A DNA stretch of 64,000 bases, taken from Octopus sinensis (lineage: Eukaryota). Where the stretch lies: positions 106,516,001 to 106,580,000 of the forward strand of contig NC_042998.1 in assembly GCF_006345805.1 (NCBI RefSeq), in the 5' to 3' direction. Under the pieces are notes generated by a model. That model had not been told where the DNA came from and ran no database searches. It saw only the letters and a list, made by a program, of their open reading frames with translations. This document shows positions 26,625-40,289 of the stretch, one piece after another; the stretch's first letter is position 1, and each line of letters starts with the position of its first letter. The translations under genes were made by a program, and so were the position numbers.

Positions 26625-27193
26625 GGTCAGGTCATACATTGTCAAGTCACTTTCGAGTGCTACTAGTAACATGTAATTCAGTACAACCTGGCGCATGGTC
26701 AGGTCGCCGGCGACTAAACTGGCAACCCCACCAAGCTTGCTTGGTGAGGAGGGTGTTTATTGGACACCCTGCAGGATGAAAAACAAAACCCGTCAAAGGA
26801 CGGAGGAACTCTTGAGAGTCAACGGCCATCCAATAAATGTCTTAAGGCTGTATTATGTGCAGGGGTATAGAAATAATCAGACTGAATACCCGATCGCGCG
26901 GTTAAACTATTGGGAGTGAAGGACTCCGAGCCTTTGTTAGGGCATCCTTCTAGGTGAAGGTAATTCAGGTAACTCGGATTACTCCAACATAAAACCTGCG
27001 GCTCAGTGGTTACCAATGATGTTGACTTGTTCTTCTTTTTGGATTATGGCTGCTGTTGCTTAGTGAGTGGGATTGACTCAGTGCACAGCCTTTCCTCACT
27101 TTAAAAAAAATCTTCTTGCACAGGCATTGCACGATAACAACATTGATTAAGCTTCGTGCAATGGCCATACTCGATAACGAGGGGGCAGCCACC
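26625..27193 (+). mobile_element. ~570-bp non-coding retroposon flanked by (ATGT)n, probably RTE-derived and non-autonomous
   Basis: GC-richer island with sharp ends in TGTA repeats; diverged relatives at 25785-25980 and 13720-13990; strand inferred from a 3' stem-loop followed by (ATGT)n. Confidence 0.6.
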
Positions 27194-28524
27194 ATGTATG
27201 TATGTAAATATGTATGTATGCATGACACTTTGATATCCATTATTTTTGAAACAACTTTACCTTGTATTTAACTATGGAATCACTTCACTTTTGTATAACA
27301 GAACTAACTAAAGCAGCAAGCTGGCAGAATTGTTAGCACACTGGTCAAAATACCTAGTGGTATTTCATCCATCTTTATGTTCTGAGTTCAAATTGCACTG
27401 AAGTCAACTTTGCCTTTCATTCTGTCAGGATTGATAAAAAGAAGCCAGTTGAAGACTAAAGACAATGTAATCAACTTAACCCCTCCCCAAAATTTCTGGC
27501 TTTGTCCCAAAATTTGGAACTAATATAACAGAACTACCAATTCCAGCACCAAGCCACAGAACAATTATTCCAATATCATGTTATCAGTTACAGTAATGAT
27601 TTTCCTTTCCTAAAGAAAGGAGTGTACATAATTGATTTTATCATCCCTGAAATAGAATACAATTTTATTTTAAATCATTATTTTACCCTAATGTTTTCAG
27701 ATGGAATACAATATCAAAAGTAATAAATTCTAATTACAGTATGTTTATGCACTATATAGCGTTTTTGTTTTTTTTATTTAAAAAAATGTGACTTTAATTA
27801 ATTTGATGACTTTTTCAAGAAAAAATACAAATAGTTTATCTTGAAATAAGTCTCTTCTTCACAGCATTTAACATGATTAGGGTGCCAATTACAAAGGGAG
27901 GTAACTCTATTATTGTTCTGAACTAAACCCCTTTTTCAATTATACTTTTTTTTTTTAATGTCTCACTACATGAAACCTATTTTTTGTAGAAATTATATAA
28001 AAATCATTACAACTATTAAATTAATTTAAACTATTGAGAACACAATAAATGCTGATTTATTTACTGGACCAAGAGCTAAAAGAATTATAAAAGGTGGGAA
28101 AGGGAGAAGTGCTGGTGTTAATCCTGTTTTGTTGAACAACATCAGTGCTCTAAAAGGAAACTATTTCAACTGAGAATCAAGCAGCGGATTTTATTTGCCA
28201 ACAATTAATCCTTGTACTATAAACACTCACATCTCAGAAGCAGTGGACTTAATAGTACAAAAAAGATTTACTAATCCCATTCAGGAACCCATAAGCTTAA
28301 AGTGGATTATAGGTGTTGCATAGCTGTCCTTGTTCATAATTCAGTAGTAGATCAAAGAAAATACAAGGCAGTCAATTAACAGAGGTATTAGAGCATCAAA
28401 TAAACTGACTGGCACAATTTATTTCAGCTTTCTGTTCTAAGATTTCAAATCTCACCAAGGTGAACTTTGCCTTTCTACCTTTCAGGGTCAATAAATAAAA
28501 TGTCACTTCAATACTAATGTTAAT

Positions 28525-28563
28525 TCCCCCCTCCCTCTCTCTCTCTCTCTCTCTCTCTGTCAG

Positions 28564-28633
<70 letters not shown>

Positions 28634-28895
28634 AATCAATCAATCTCTCTCTTTCTCTCTCTCCCTCTCTTTCCCTCTCCTACTCTCCCTCTCTCCCTCT
28701 CTCCCTATCTATCTATCTATCTATATATATATCTCTATTCCTCTCTCTCTATCCCTCTTTCTATCCCTTTCCTTCCATCTATCTATATATCTCTACCTAT
28801 CTCTCTCATCTTCTCTATTTATATCTAGCTCTATCAATCTCTCTCTCCTTCTCTCTCACTCTCTCTCTCCCTCTCCCCTTTCTCTCTCTCTCTCT
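28525..28895. repeat. Compound (CT)n/(CTAT)n microsatellite at the end of a SINE B copy
   Basis: Visible runs; SINE B remnant at 28390-28530. Confidence 0.9.
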
Positions 28896-30339
28896 GATCC
28901 AGAAAAAGAGAGGCTCTCCTAGGTTTATATTTCAAAGACTCAATATAGGTCACAACAGCACTTCCTCAATTCCAGCAGAGGATGAAGACCGAAGACAAGA
29001 CAAGACATAAATAGCACATCCAGTTTTGAAACAAACAAAATAAAAAGAATGGCAAATATCTAAATTTAGTGCTGAATCCCACCCAAAGTAAGGATTTCCA
29101 GTAGAAGTAAACTATTTATGGCCTTACTTGTATATAAATATAAAGAGATGCAAAGATTGCTTTCACCATGAAAAAAATAAAAAATAAAGCGATGCATATT
29201 ATTACATCACATTTCCAGTTGATCTGCAATTGTCTGGCTCTATTGGTGCATTGAAGTATCACTTTAAACATCCGTTTTCTTTCATCTCCATTCCATTTCC
29301 TTTGGAATTAATAACTTCAGTCCTCATGTTTGTATTTTTGTTGGAATTTATTTTGTCGTGATTTGTGTGACTTTTAGTTTTTACTATTCAATCTATTTTC
29401 TTTCCGTGGTACCTTGGGTGGGGATGGGTATGAAGAATATTGGATATTTGAATTGTCGAAGAAATTACTTTGTTTTGGTTGGATGACATTCCTAACAGGA
29501 ACTACTCAACTGTGAAATTGAGTCTGACATTTTATTTTCAACTAAGATGACTGAAGCTTGTAGAAATGGAAGGAAAATTGAGTGGAGGGATGGATTGATG
29601 GAAGGAGAGAGGAAAGGAGGGAGGGATAGATGGATGGGTGGATGGACCGACAGATGGATGGATGGAGGGAGAGAGAGGGAGGAATAGATGGATAGAGCTA
29701 TCGAGTCAAAACTGACTTCTAATGACTCTGTGGGTTTCTACAAGGGTTTCCTGGTAAAAGGCAGAGGTTGTTTACCATTATCTTCTTTTAAAATTTGGTT
29801 TTCCTCCAGGTATAACTGAATCAGTACCTATTTACAGCTAAGTTGATATGACCATTTTGTGAGTTAGTTTTTATACCACAGATTCAATGCAATACTCAAG
29901 AGAGGATTTGTAACTACTGACCTCTCATCTGAAGGTTTACTACACTATTCATGAGGCCAGCTACACACTAAATCCTTTTGTCTACCAACTTTCACTCACA
30001 AAGCTTTGACCAATCTAAAGCTATGGCAGAAGACACTTGCTCAAGTTATCTGCAAAGGGATCAAACTCAGAAACTCAGGGTTTTGAAGCAAACTCCTTAA
30101 CCATATAACCATGATATATTAGAGTAATATGTAGCAGAAGAGACAGCATAGAAGAGTTATGTAATTTAGCCCTAGGTCAGCAACAATCAAGCAAACCTAA
30201 AGTATCCCAGCTATGACTATTATTCAAACTGTATTTCTAAGACTACATATTATTAAAGACAACAGGATATGATATGAGGAGATTTCATGGCCATTTCTAA
30301 TAGATAATAGGCATGTAAAATCATCACCCAGTTGCACTG

Positions 30340-30790
30340 CTTGCATAGATTCTGGTGATTCTCTGTTACCATCCAATTCTATTGTTCATCATATTTGGCA
30401 GGTGAGAGGAATTGAAGCTTATGTTGTCACAAATTTGCTAAATATAGATTTTGGCTTGCTACCTCTTGCTAGCTCTTCCTTGTGTTGGCCCCCAAAAGGA
30501 ACTTCACTGACAAATTCAGCTTTAGCTCCCCAGCAATTCCCTGCCAATCTGACTCTACACTCTTTGATGATCTCTGATACTGGAAGAAGCTTCCCGTGCA
30601 ATCTGTCATTTGTCAGATTATCTCTCCTGGTGAGATACACAGCTACCCTTAGCATCGAGTTCTATCCAGTCTTCTTTTTAATTTTTTGAAGTAAGGGTCC
30701 ATGCTGAGCAGCCATACAATTAAACAGTGGTAAGAGTTACTTGAAAGAGGTTCTTTTTCATGTTGTCTGGAAGTCTAGACTTCCACAAAA
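30340..30790 (-). mobile_element. Second RTE-like LINE family, C-terminal remnant
   Basis: LYGCSAWTL..MLRVA..LTNDRLHGKLLPVSEIIKECRVRLAGNCW. Confidence 0.7.
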
Positions 30791-32429
30791 GAGATAATTT
30801 ATCACAATTGATTGCTTACATGGTGCTTTATCGCGTTAACTTACAGTCATTAGTGCTTTATATGTTTTCTTAAAAATATTTTGCAAACTGCAATTGTAAA
30901 TTATTAATTATAATGCTAGAACTTAATTCATGTTTCCAGATTAATGCATAATAGATTAATAGCTTTTGAGCTATGATATTAGTCTATTGTAAATTTGTTT
31001 ATTTGTTTATTTGTTTGTTTCTGTTGGTTGATTTATTTTGGTATTTTGTTTGATTTCCTTCATATGAACTAATACCAGTTTTCACCTTCATAAACAGAAA
31101 TACATGAAGCAAAAATGTCCAAAGACACAGGCAATGTTAACACTGAAGTCTACTGAATTCAGTTAGATGTAGTACAGTTACCAATCAAGGACAACTTCAG
31201 GGTTAGTCATTTGACTTATGAATCCACTTCACTATAAAAAGTTTTTTTGTGTTTATTTATTTATTCTTTTTTAAATTGTTCAGCTGTCTGGGAGGCTCCC
31301 TAGAAACAGTAAACAGTTTCTGTTACCTAGGTGATCTTATCAGCAGCAGAAGAAACTGTTGTGAAAGCACAGCAACCAGAGTAAGGATGGTTAATGAAGG
31401 GCTTCTTTCTGTGGGTGAAGGGTAGATTATATATGAAGTGAAATATTGCCTGGTAACAAGACATTGGCATTGAATCCTCAAATATCAAGAATTTTGGAGA
31501 AGAAAACAGAGGACAATGCGGGATGCTATACTAAAGCAGACCTACTTAGCTGATGCTAGCATTGAAAATCTGATGTAAAAAAATGATGATGATGACAACA
31601 ATAGTGGTAGCAGCACTGTTGGTAGCTGTGATGGCTGGTGGTATGGCAGTGGTGATGGTGGTGGTGGTGGTGTGGTGGTGGTGGTGGTGGTGGCAATTGT
31701 GATAGCAGCAGTGGTGGCAGTAGCAGCGGCAGCAGATGTGCTAAAGTTCTACAATACCGAGTCTAATACAACATATAGTTCTGTGCACTCATTCCACACA
31801 CTAAGGTCTTCAAAGGGAAACTGGACATAATATTTTTTTAATTTCTCTAGGGCAATGGTATCCTATGATGGTTTATTACTATCATATGAAGAACCACAAC
31901 AGGACAGATTACACAATAACAACCATTTTTGAGCTCATATTACAATTTTCTACTTCATGGAATCATCTTCTGCTCATATAACTCTTGGAAAAGTATGAAC
32001 ATCCACCAATACATTACATTTAACAAGGCAAATATCAAAATCATAAAGGAATCACTAGGAACTTATAACCATAATTTCAAGTATTTTAATGATTTTTTCA
32101 TCAATAGAAATCAAAGCAATCATTAACAAAATTAATAATAATATGCTGCAATTAATGATGATAATAATAATGATGACTAAATGAATCATCAACACAAAAG
32201 CAATTGTAGTATGATTGTTTCTGATTCAGGCACAAGGCCAGAAATTTTGGGGAAGGCAGGATAGTCAATTGCATCAACCCCAGTGCCCAACTGGTACTTA
32301 TTTTATAAGCCCTGAAGGGATAAAAGGTAAAGCTGACTACAGCAGAACTCAGAACATAAAGATGGTTGAATTGCCACTAAGCATTTTACCCTATGCAATA
32401 ACAATTCTGCCAACTGACCACCTTAAACC

Positions 32430-32601
32430 TGGAGCACCACTATGAAGAGTTTTTAGTCAAACAATTCAACACCACTACTTTTTTTTCTTAAGCCTTGTAC
32501 TTATTCTATCAGTCTCTTTTGCCAAGCTGCTAGGGGGATGTAAATACACCAACACCAGTTGTAAACAATGGTGATGGACAAAGACACACAAACACACAAA
32601 G

Positions 32602-32637
<36 letters not shown>

Positions 32638-32816
32638 TATATATAGGTCCAGGCATGGCTGTGTGGTAAGAAGCTTGCTTCACAACCACATGGTTCCAGG
32701 TTCAGACCCACTGCATGGCACCTTGGGCAAGTGTCTTCTACTATAGTCTTGAGCCAACCATAACCTTGTGAGTGGATTTGATAGATGGAAACAGAAAGAA
32801 GCCCATTGTATGCATG

Positions 32817-32854
<38 letters not shown>

Positions 32855-33225
32855 TTTGTCCCTCCACCCATTGCTGTTTGACAACCGGGGTTGGTATGTT
32901 TATGTCTCAGTAACTTAGTGGTTTGGCAAAAGAGACTGATAGAATAAGTACCAGGCTTACAAAAAAATAATAAGTACTGGAGTCAATTCATTTGACTAAA
33001 ATGTCAAGGTAGTACCCAGCATGGCTGCAGTTTGATAAACAACTAAAAGAATATGCGTATGCAACAGGCTTCTTTCAGTTTCCATCTCCCAAATCCACTC
33101 ACAAGGTTTTGACCAGCTCAAGGTTATAGTAGAAGACACTTACCCAAGGTGCCACACAATGGGACTGAACCCAGAACCATGTAGTTGGGAAACATGCTTC
33201 TTACCATACAGCCACATCTGTACCT
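32430..33225. mobile_element. Nested SINE A cluster: a full + copy (32650-33050) inside a - copy (tail 32430-32600, head 33065-33225)
   Basis: The minus-strand tail and head flank a complete plus-strand copy inserted in the internal (TA)n tract. Confidence 0.75.
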
Positions 33226-33650
33226 GAATCTATATATATATTTTTTTTTAATCTTAAAAGGATAAAAGACAAAGTTGACACAGGATTTCAAACTCAGAAT
33301 TGAAAGATATAAAGATATAGAATTAAACACTGCAAATTATTTTATCTGGTACTTAACCAGGTTTGCCATCCAATCACTGTAAACAAAATGAGCCTCTGCT
33401 TTGTATGACAGGCTAAAAATAGCAACCAAATTTCCTTCAAATTATATGACATCATCTTAAAAAAAGAGGACACTTTGGAAAATGATGTCCTATAAATGCA
33501 AAAAACACAGGATATATAAAACATCATGAACAAAGGCATTCTAATCATAGCTATCCTAACTTTTTGCTTATCTGAGACTATATTTTCTAACAAACCGTTA
33601 TACATAAAAATAATAATGAACTTATTACATACATACATACATACATACAT

Positions 33651-35141
33651 ATAGTGCATCAATGGTCTCACTATATCTCCTGTCCCACACAAAGACTGTT
33701 ACAAGTACCTTGGCATTGGTAACAATATATCATACCAAGGTACTGTGAATAAAGATAGAGTGACCCATGAATAATACACCAAACTAAGAAAAATATGGCA
33801 ATCCAAACTCTCCTCTTACAAGACAATATCTCATAAAGCATTTGCAGAATCAGTACTGATTCCAACATTTGGGATATATGACTGGTCTGTAAAAGAAATT
33901 CACTCCATAGACATTAAAACCTGCAAGATTCTAAAATCAACTGGAAATCTCCACAAAAATAGCAATATCAACAGGCTCTACCTAAGAAAACAGTAAAGGA
34001 GGTAGAGGCTTGTGATCAGTGCAGACAGCCTTTAAATGTCACATAGTTTCTCTCATTCAGCAACTTGCAAAAATAAATACATTAACTTTATTGAAAAGAA
34101 GAAAACAACATCCTACATCATCCTACATGTTGGAAGTAAGCTCTGCAGGAAATGTTCCCTTCCTGATGACCTCCCATGCAACCCCAAATCAGCCAGACCA
34201 GCATACCTCAAAGAAGACCTGGAAATGAAACAATCAGCTACCAAAAAGAAGATCATGCATGGGTATGTTTCTTGTAGACTTGAATAAGGCAGTAATATTG
34301 ACATGAAGCAAAGCCTGTCTTGGACTTGTGACTACTACATCACACTTCAAAGGATATGCATTTGCAGTCCAAGAACAGGAGATTGCTGCTAAATACCTAA
34401 TCAACAAAAGAGACAGTGAAGCCTTTGTAGTTCCAAGATGCAACTGTAAATGTAGATTATGTCATATTTCTGTGAAAGACATCATACATGAGATTAGCAG
34501 CTGCCCAAAAATGTCATAAAGGTACTACCTATCTATGTGACATGATGTTGTCACAAAAACAATATACAATGTCATTCAGAAAGAAAATTGTCCAAGAATA
34601 AATATAGAAAATCCCCCTTTTATTGAATACATACACAAATACCAGTACAAAGAATACTGGTGGAACATTCCCATCAAAACATTGTCAAATGTAAGCATAA
34701 CAGGCCAGATATTGATGTTTGGAACAGAAAAGAAAAAGTATGTGCCATCATAGAGGTCAGCTGTCCTGCTGATGTGAATATCTCTTTGAAAATCAAAGAG
34801 AATGAAGGTAACAATGGACAATTGCTTCAAAACCTCCAGCTTCTATATCTGGATTACAAATTCATATTTATACCAATAATAATTGGAGTGTTTTGTTAGT
34901 AAATACCTAAATGTCACTCTGGATGAGCTTGGATTTTTAGAAAAAGAAATCAACCATGTGACTTGCACATTACAAATACAATCTGTAAGTGGAGCAGTAA
35001 AACAATGCAAGATTTTTTTCTCAGGTTTAAAATGTGACATTGTTTCCATTATCTACATTCCAAAGATGCAGCTTTGTACTTTTGTTAGAAACTAGCTCCT
35101 TCTTCAGAGGAAGAATTTAAATGATTAAATACAGAAGAGAC
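33651..35141 (+). mobile_element. R4/Dong-type LINE, 5'-truncated, in an (ACAT)n tract (related to 24191-25670)
   Basis: DCYKYLGI, KIMHGY, TSHFKGYAFAVQEQEI, CRLCH..HEISSC (zinc knuckle) and HNRPDIDVW..IIEVSCPAD (RLE); (ACAT)n on both sides. Confidence 0.88.
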
Positions 35142-35194
35142 GCATACATACATACATAAATACATACATACATACGTGTATGTGTGTGTGTGTG

Positions 35195-35227
<33 letters not shown>

Positions 35228-35419
35228 TGTGTGTGTGTGTGTGTGTGTGCGTGTGTGTGTGTGTGTGTGTGCATAGTATACAAAGGCATCAAAAATAAAA
35301 CTATTTCTTTTTAACATTCTACATGATGTAAAACATTGGAAAAATCTGTGGGAACAACCTGGGTACAAATAAAAAAATAATAGGAAGATTCTTCACCCGC
35401 TTCATGTAATTGCACAATA

Positions 35420-35852
35420 TTCTTTTCTACTCTAAGCACAAGGCCTGATATTTTGGGTGAGGTGGCCAGTCGATTAGATCGACTCCAGTTCACAACTGGT
35501 ACTTAATTTATTGACCCTGAAAAGATGAAAGGCAAAGTCAACCTCGGCAGAATTCGAACTCAGGTCCTAAAGACAGACAAAATACCGCTAAGCATTTTGC
35601 CCAGCATGCTAACGTTTCTTATTTCTTTACTACCCACAAGGGGCTAAACATAGAGGGGACAAACAAGGACAGACAAAAGGATTAAGTCGATTACATCAAC
35701 TCTATTGTGTAACTGGTACTTAATTTATAGACCCCAAAAGGATGAAAGGCTAAGTCAACCTCAGCGGAATTTGAACTCAGAACATAGCGGCAGACGAAAT
35801 ACCGCTAAGCATTTCGCCCGGCATGCTAGCGTTTCTGCCAGCTCACCACCTT
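35420..35852 (-). mobile_element. Head-to-tail SINE B dimer with one flanking target duplication
   Basis: Two family B units with different tails; TGTAA[T/C]TGCACAATA at 35405-35419 and 35853-35867. Confidence 0.85.
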
Positions 35853-37014
35853 TGTAACTGCACAATACTCCTTAAATTTGTGAATCACTTTAATTTGAAC
35901 AGAAAAGTAGTGGTCCATATTGTCAAGTATCAATTTTATAAACGACAGAGTTATTCTTCAGAAAAGAATTTCCCAAAGAAGGAACATGTTTAAAAATCTT
36001 TCCCTTGTTTTTTTTTCCTTTATTTTTGGTGGGGGAAGGGGACATGCTAACTGTATTTGCCTTTTTTTTTTCAAATTATTAAATCCATATCTTATATATT
36101 TTTATGCTTTCTGTTCAAAATTTAAGAACACCTTCTCACTCATAATACAAATGAAATAAACACAGCGAGAAGACTGTTAAAATGGTTAAATTCAAACAGA
36201 AAGACCAAGAATAGTGGACCTGTTCAAGTACTCTTAGACATTTTATCGGCTGCTGCCATGCCATAGATCTTCTCGCACAAAGTTAAGTGCGGCTACACAA
36301 TGATAACAACAACAACAATAACAACAGCAACAACAACAACAATGAATGAACATGTACAGTTCATCAACATTTGATATACAACTGAAAGGAAATATGAGAA
36401 GATCAAAAGAGTAAAGATAAAAAGAAAAAAAAAACAATCAAGAAAACATCTAATAAAAAGAATAAAGAAAACTAAGAGCAAAGAAGAAAAAGAGATAAAA
36501 GAATATTCAACTACTAATTTTCTTTCCTATAAATTATCATAAAAGAACCAAATATTATTGACCATTCTTTTTTTGTTTTTTGTTGATTTTTGTTGATTTT
36601 TGTTGGGTTTTTTCTTTCTTTTTTTTTTTCTTTTCTTTATCTTGCATTTCTTCTTCACTCTGAAAACCAGCAAGATTCAATAGATTTACAGGGTGAAATG
36701 GGAAAAAGATAGTATGACCCACCAACTGCATAATAGTTGCAGGTAAGTATTGCAAGTAATCAATACTTATTGCTATAATTAGCTTACCATGTCAGTATTG
36801 AAATACCAGCTACACTAACAAAAACAACAACATGCCCTGACTGTAATTCTGTATGGCATAGTCTCAAGCATTCTGTGATGTAGTGTGCTATGAATGTCTA
36901 CCAAGTGAAAGCAGTACTGTTAGAATACAGGATCTATGGGTCATTTACTAAAATTTTTTGCTGAATTTAGGTCAGCTAAAATAGACTTAAGAACAACTAA
37001 AATGATTTTGCTAC

Positions 37015-37325
37015 AGGCACAGGTGTGGCTGTGTGATTAAGAGACTTCCTTCCCAGCTGTGTGGTCTTGAGTTAAGTTCCATTACACAGCTCCTTGGGTG
37101 AGTGTCTGCTGTTGTAGCCCTGGGCCCACCAAAGCTTTGTGAGTGAATTTGATAGGCAAAAACTGTAAGAAGCCCATCATAGATCAATCAGCAGATAGAT
37201 AAAGAGACAGACAGAGACAGGCAGACAGACAGAACGATAGGTGTGTATGTATATTTGTGTGTGTGTGTCTGTGTGTGTGTATGTGTGTGTGCATGTGTGT
37301 GTACATGTGCATGTGTGTGTACATG

Positions 37326-37359
<34 letters not shown>

Positions 37360-38270
37360 TGTGCTGCATGTGTGTGTGTTTATGTGTACCTCTGTTTTGA
37401 CATCATGCAATTGTGTAAACAAGTATCACTGTCATACAAGTCATGTTGCCTTGTTTCCGGTCTTGTGTGGAAAACATCTGGTTATGGAAAAATATTACCC
37501 TGTTGAAAATATTGTAAAAATCCATGCAATTTGCACACCTGCATAATTTATGCAGGTGATTTTCGGGATAAAATTTGTTAAAAAAAGCTTCTACTCGTGT
37601 AAAATTCACACCCAAACATTTTCAGAATTGCCAATATGGCCAGGAGGGAAAGGTTTTAAATTTAGTTGTATTTAGCATAATTTCACTGACTTATAATTAG
37701 ATTTTATTAAATTTTCAATGAATAAAAATAATTTCTGTTTAACAGGTATCACATTGAAAGCTATTAAATTACAAAATATTTGTTTTGTTTATAATAAACT
37801 TTATTTTACATTTCCTGCCCACAAGAGATTATGTCCGATCTTTAGCATACTTCTGTATGTCTTTACAAATCATGATCACAGGGAAAGTTGTTGATAAGAA
37901 TTATCCACAAAAACAAAACTGATAAATACGCACAGATGTTGCAAATTAAGTTTAATTACCAATAAAGATTAATGGTTTTAGTAAATTTATGCAGAAAAAG
38001 TAAGCAACTGCCAGTACGAATGTTTATGTTTTGTATGTCATTTTTCAACAAAAAAAGATTTCTAAAGAAATTCTGAAAATGATCTACTCAAGTAATTTAC
38101 GTACCCCGAAAGTTTATTTTTGTGAAAAAATATGTAAATTACATGGGGTTTTTTTGTAGATGAAAATTGGCAACAGGAGGGGCATTCATCCAGTCATAGA
38201 AAAATCTGCTTCAGCAAATTCCATCTGACACATGCAAGCATGGAGAAAGGGGTGTTAAACGATGATGAAT
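37015..38270 (+). mobile_element. SINE family A (tail 2, RTE-like end) split by a MITE
   Basis: Head at 37015-37180, (TG)n, tail at 37390-37511 resuming at 38157 and ending CATGCAAGCATGG..GTTAAACGATGATG. Confidence 0.75.
37512..38156. mobile_element. Pogo/Tigger-like non-autonomous DNA transposon
   Basis: Decayed TIRs TTGTAAAAATCCATGCAATTTGCA and TGTAAATTACATGGGGTTTTTTTG; TA on both sides; cleanly interrupts a SINE. Confidence 0.65.
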
Positions 38271-38339
38271 ATCAGCTATATCATGTGACAACATGGCAAA
38301 CAACAACACAGGCCTCCCACTAATCATATAATCGACCAT

Positions 38340-38750
38340 TCCCCACCCCTTAAAGGAGATGCAGTGGAAAAAACAGGCAGACAAACAGAGAAAGTAAGTT
38401 TCATATGTGACAGATGCACTAGAGCAGTGCAAAACATGAACAGAGTGGAAATAGATTCTCTTGAATACCTGGATGTCACACAAGTAGTCAGCAGCTTTTG
38501 TTACCTCATTGATGTAATTAGCAGGAGAGGTGATAGCTCTGAAAGTATAACAGCCAGGGTAAGAACAGCTGGAAAAAGTTCAGGTTTAGTTTCTACCACT
38601 GTTGGTAACAAAGGTCTTTTTTCTCAAAGTGAAGATTGTGCAATGCTTGTGTTAGAACTGTAGCATTGCAAGGTACTGAGGCATGGGCTCTGAATGTAGA
38701 AAACTTAGGAAAACTGGGCTTTGAATGTAAAAAAAATTAGAAAACTGGAA
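38340..38750 (+). mobile_element. RTE LINE fragment (Cys-rich insert and thumb)
   Basis: KVSFICDRC..QVVSSFCYLIDVISRRGDSSESITARVRTA, homologous to 500-760; another decayed copy lies at 31280-31570. Confidence 0.7.
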
Positions 38751-38939
38751 CCACACAGCTATGCCTGGATCTATTTATAATTTATAAATGTTTTTTTTCT
38801 TTATGCCACTTAGTAGTTAATGAAGGTAAGAAATAGATATAGACCCCTCGGTTATTAGATCTTTAAAAAAAGGCCTTATTTAAAAAAAAAGGCATTGTAC
38901 ACACCACAGAGTTTGGAAACTGGTTTTATAAGCCTATAG

Positions 38940-39145
38940 TTCATAAGGCCAGTTTCCCAGATTCTGATGCATATATTTTTCCCCATTGGACAGGATGCCA
39001 GTCCATCACAGGATCATACATTTTTACCAGCTTAGTGAACTGGAGCAACATTAAATGATTTATTTTGCTCATGTACACAATACATCACTCGGTCCAGGAA
39101 TCAAGACTACATGAGTGCAACACCCCTAACCACTCAATCATGCAG
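38940..39145 (-). mobile_element. Third tRNA-derived SINE family (decayed); relative at 23040-23300
   Basis: Minus strand begins GCATGATTGAGTGGTTAGGG and contains TTGATTCC; shared ACTGG..AAATGA..TATTTTGCT segment. Confidence 0.5.
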
Positions 39146-40289
39146 TTCAATGTTACCAAAGCTAATCATTGTAATAGGTGTTGGACTACAATATCCAAAA
39201 TAGCAGTCACATTACAAAGTCATTGGCTTTTATATCAGAATCAGGCCAGAATCCATGGAAACTTGGGGAGGAGGGGAGTCTACATCAGTAAAATATCTGT
39301 GGTGAAGATTTTGAGAGTTTAGATGAAATTTTTATATTATAGGAACAAAATGATATTGGTACTGCTCAAAGAGTGAGAAATAAAGTATTTTTCCTTTTCA
39401 AAAGAATGCTTTTTTACTTTCTCAGAGGAAGGATCAGTCACAAAACATTAGTACTCTCTTCTCCCCATGGCATACTAATTCAGCCAAGATCATGATTTTC
39501 GCTATAGAATTAAAATAGCCATGTTAATGACAAAAGTTACCAAACTTTCCAAACACCTGCTGGACAGGAAATTAGATGCAACATACCCAGATTGCTAAAT
39601 TTTATTGTTATGTAAGTATTGCATGATAAAGTGAGAAATGTGTGTGTGTGTGTATGTTTATTGACATATATGTATTGTGCATACGTGTGCATGTGTGCGT
39701 GTTCTTGAGCATATGTGTGTATGTGTATTTCTTTATGTTCAAGACCAGACTGAAGACTGGTATACCTAATGTTCAGACTCTATTGGACTCATCCAAACTT
39801 TTGATCATTCATCTTCCTGCAGAGATGACTGGCGCTACTCAACAACAGTTGTAAAAGCAGTAATAATAACAGCACCATCAACAACAACAACAGTAACAGC
39901 AGCAGCAGTAGCTACAACGGCAGCAGCAGCAGGAACAACAACAACAACAACAAAAAGACCAATGTTGCCAGATGGAAGGATTAAACTCCTGCTAACGGAA
40001 TAAATCAATATAGAATTATTTGAATATTGAAATAAGTTGTAGACTTGAGGCATAAACTAATATCTACCTGAACCATAAAATAATTGGAACCACTCCAAAT
40101 ACCAAACTAACTGGCACAACACCAGATATATTCTCTGTTGCACTAAACTTTACTTTTTTATCTTAATGGTTTACTCAGTAAAGGAAGGGCAATACATATG
40201 ACCCCTTTTATGGCCTTCAGAGACTGGTAAAACAAAAGAAAGAATTTATCTACAGACAAACACATACAAGTGGCTAGTGGTGATGTTAA

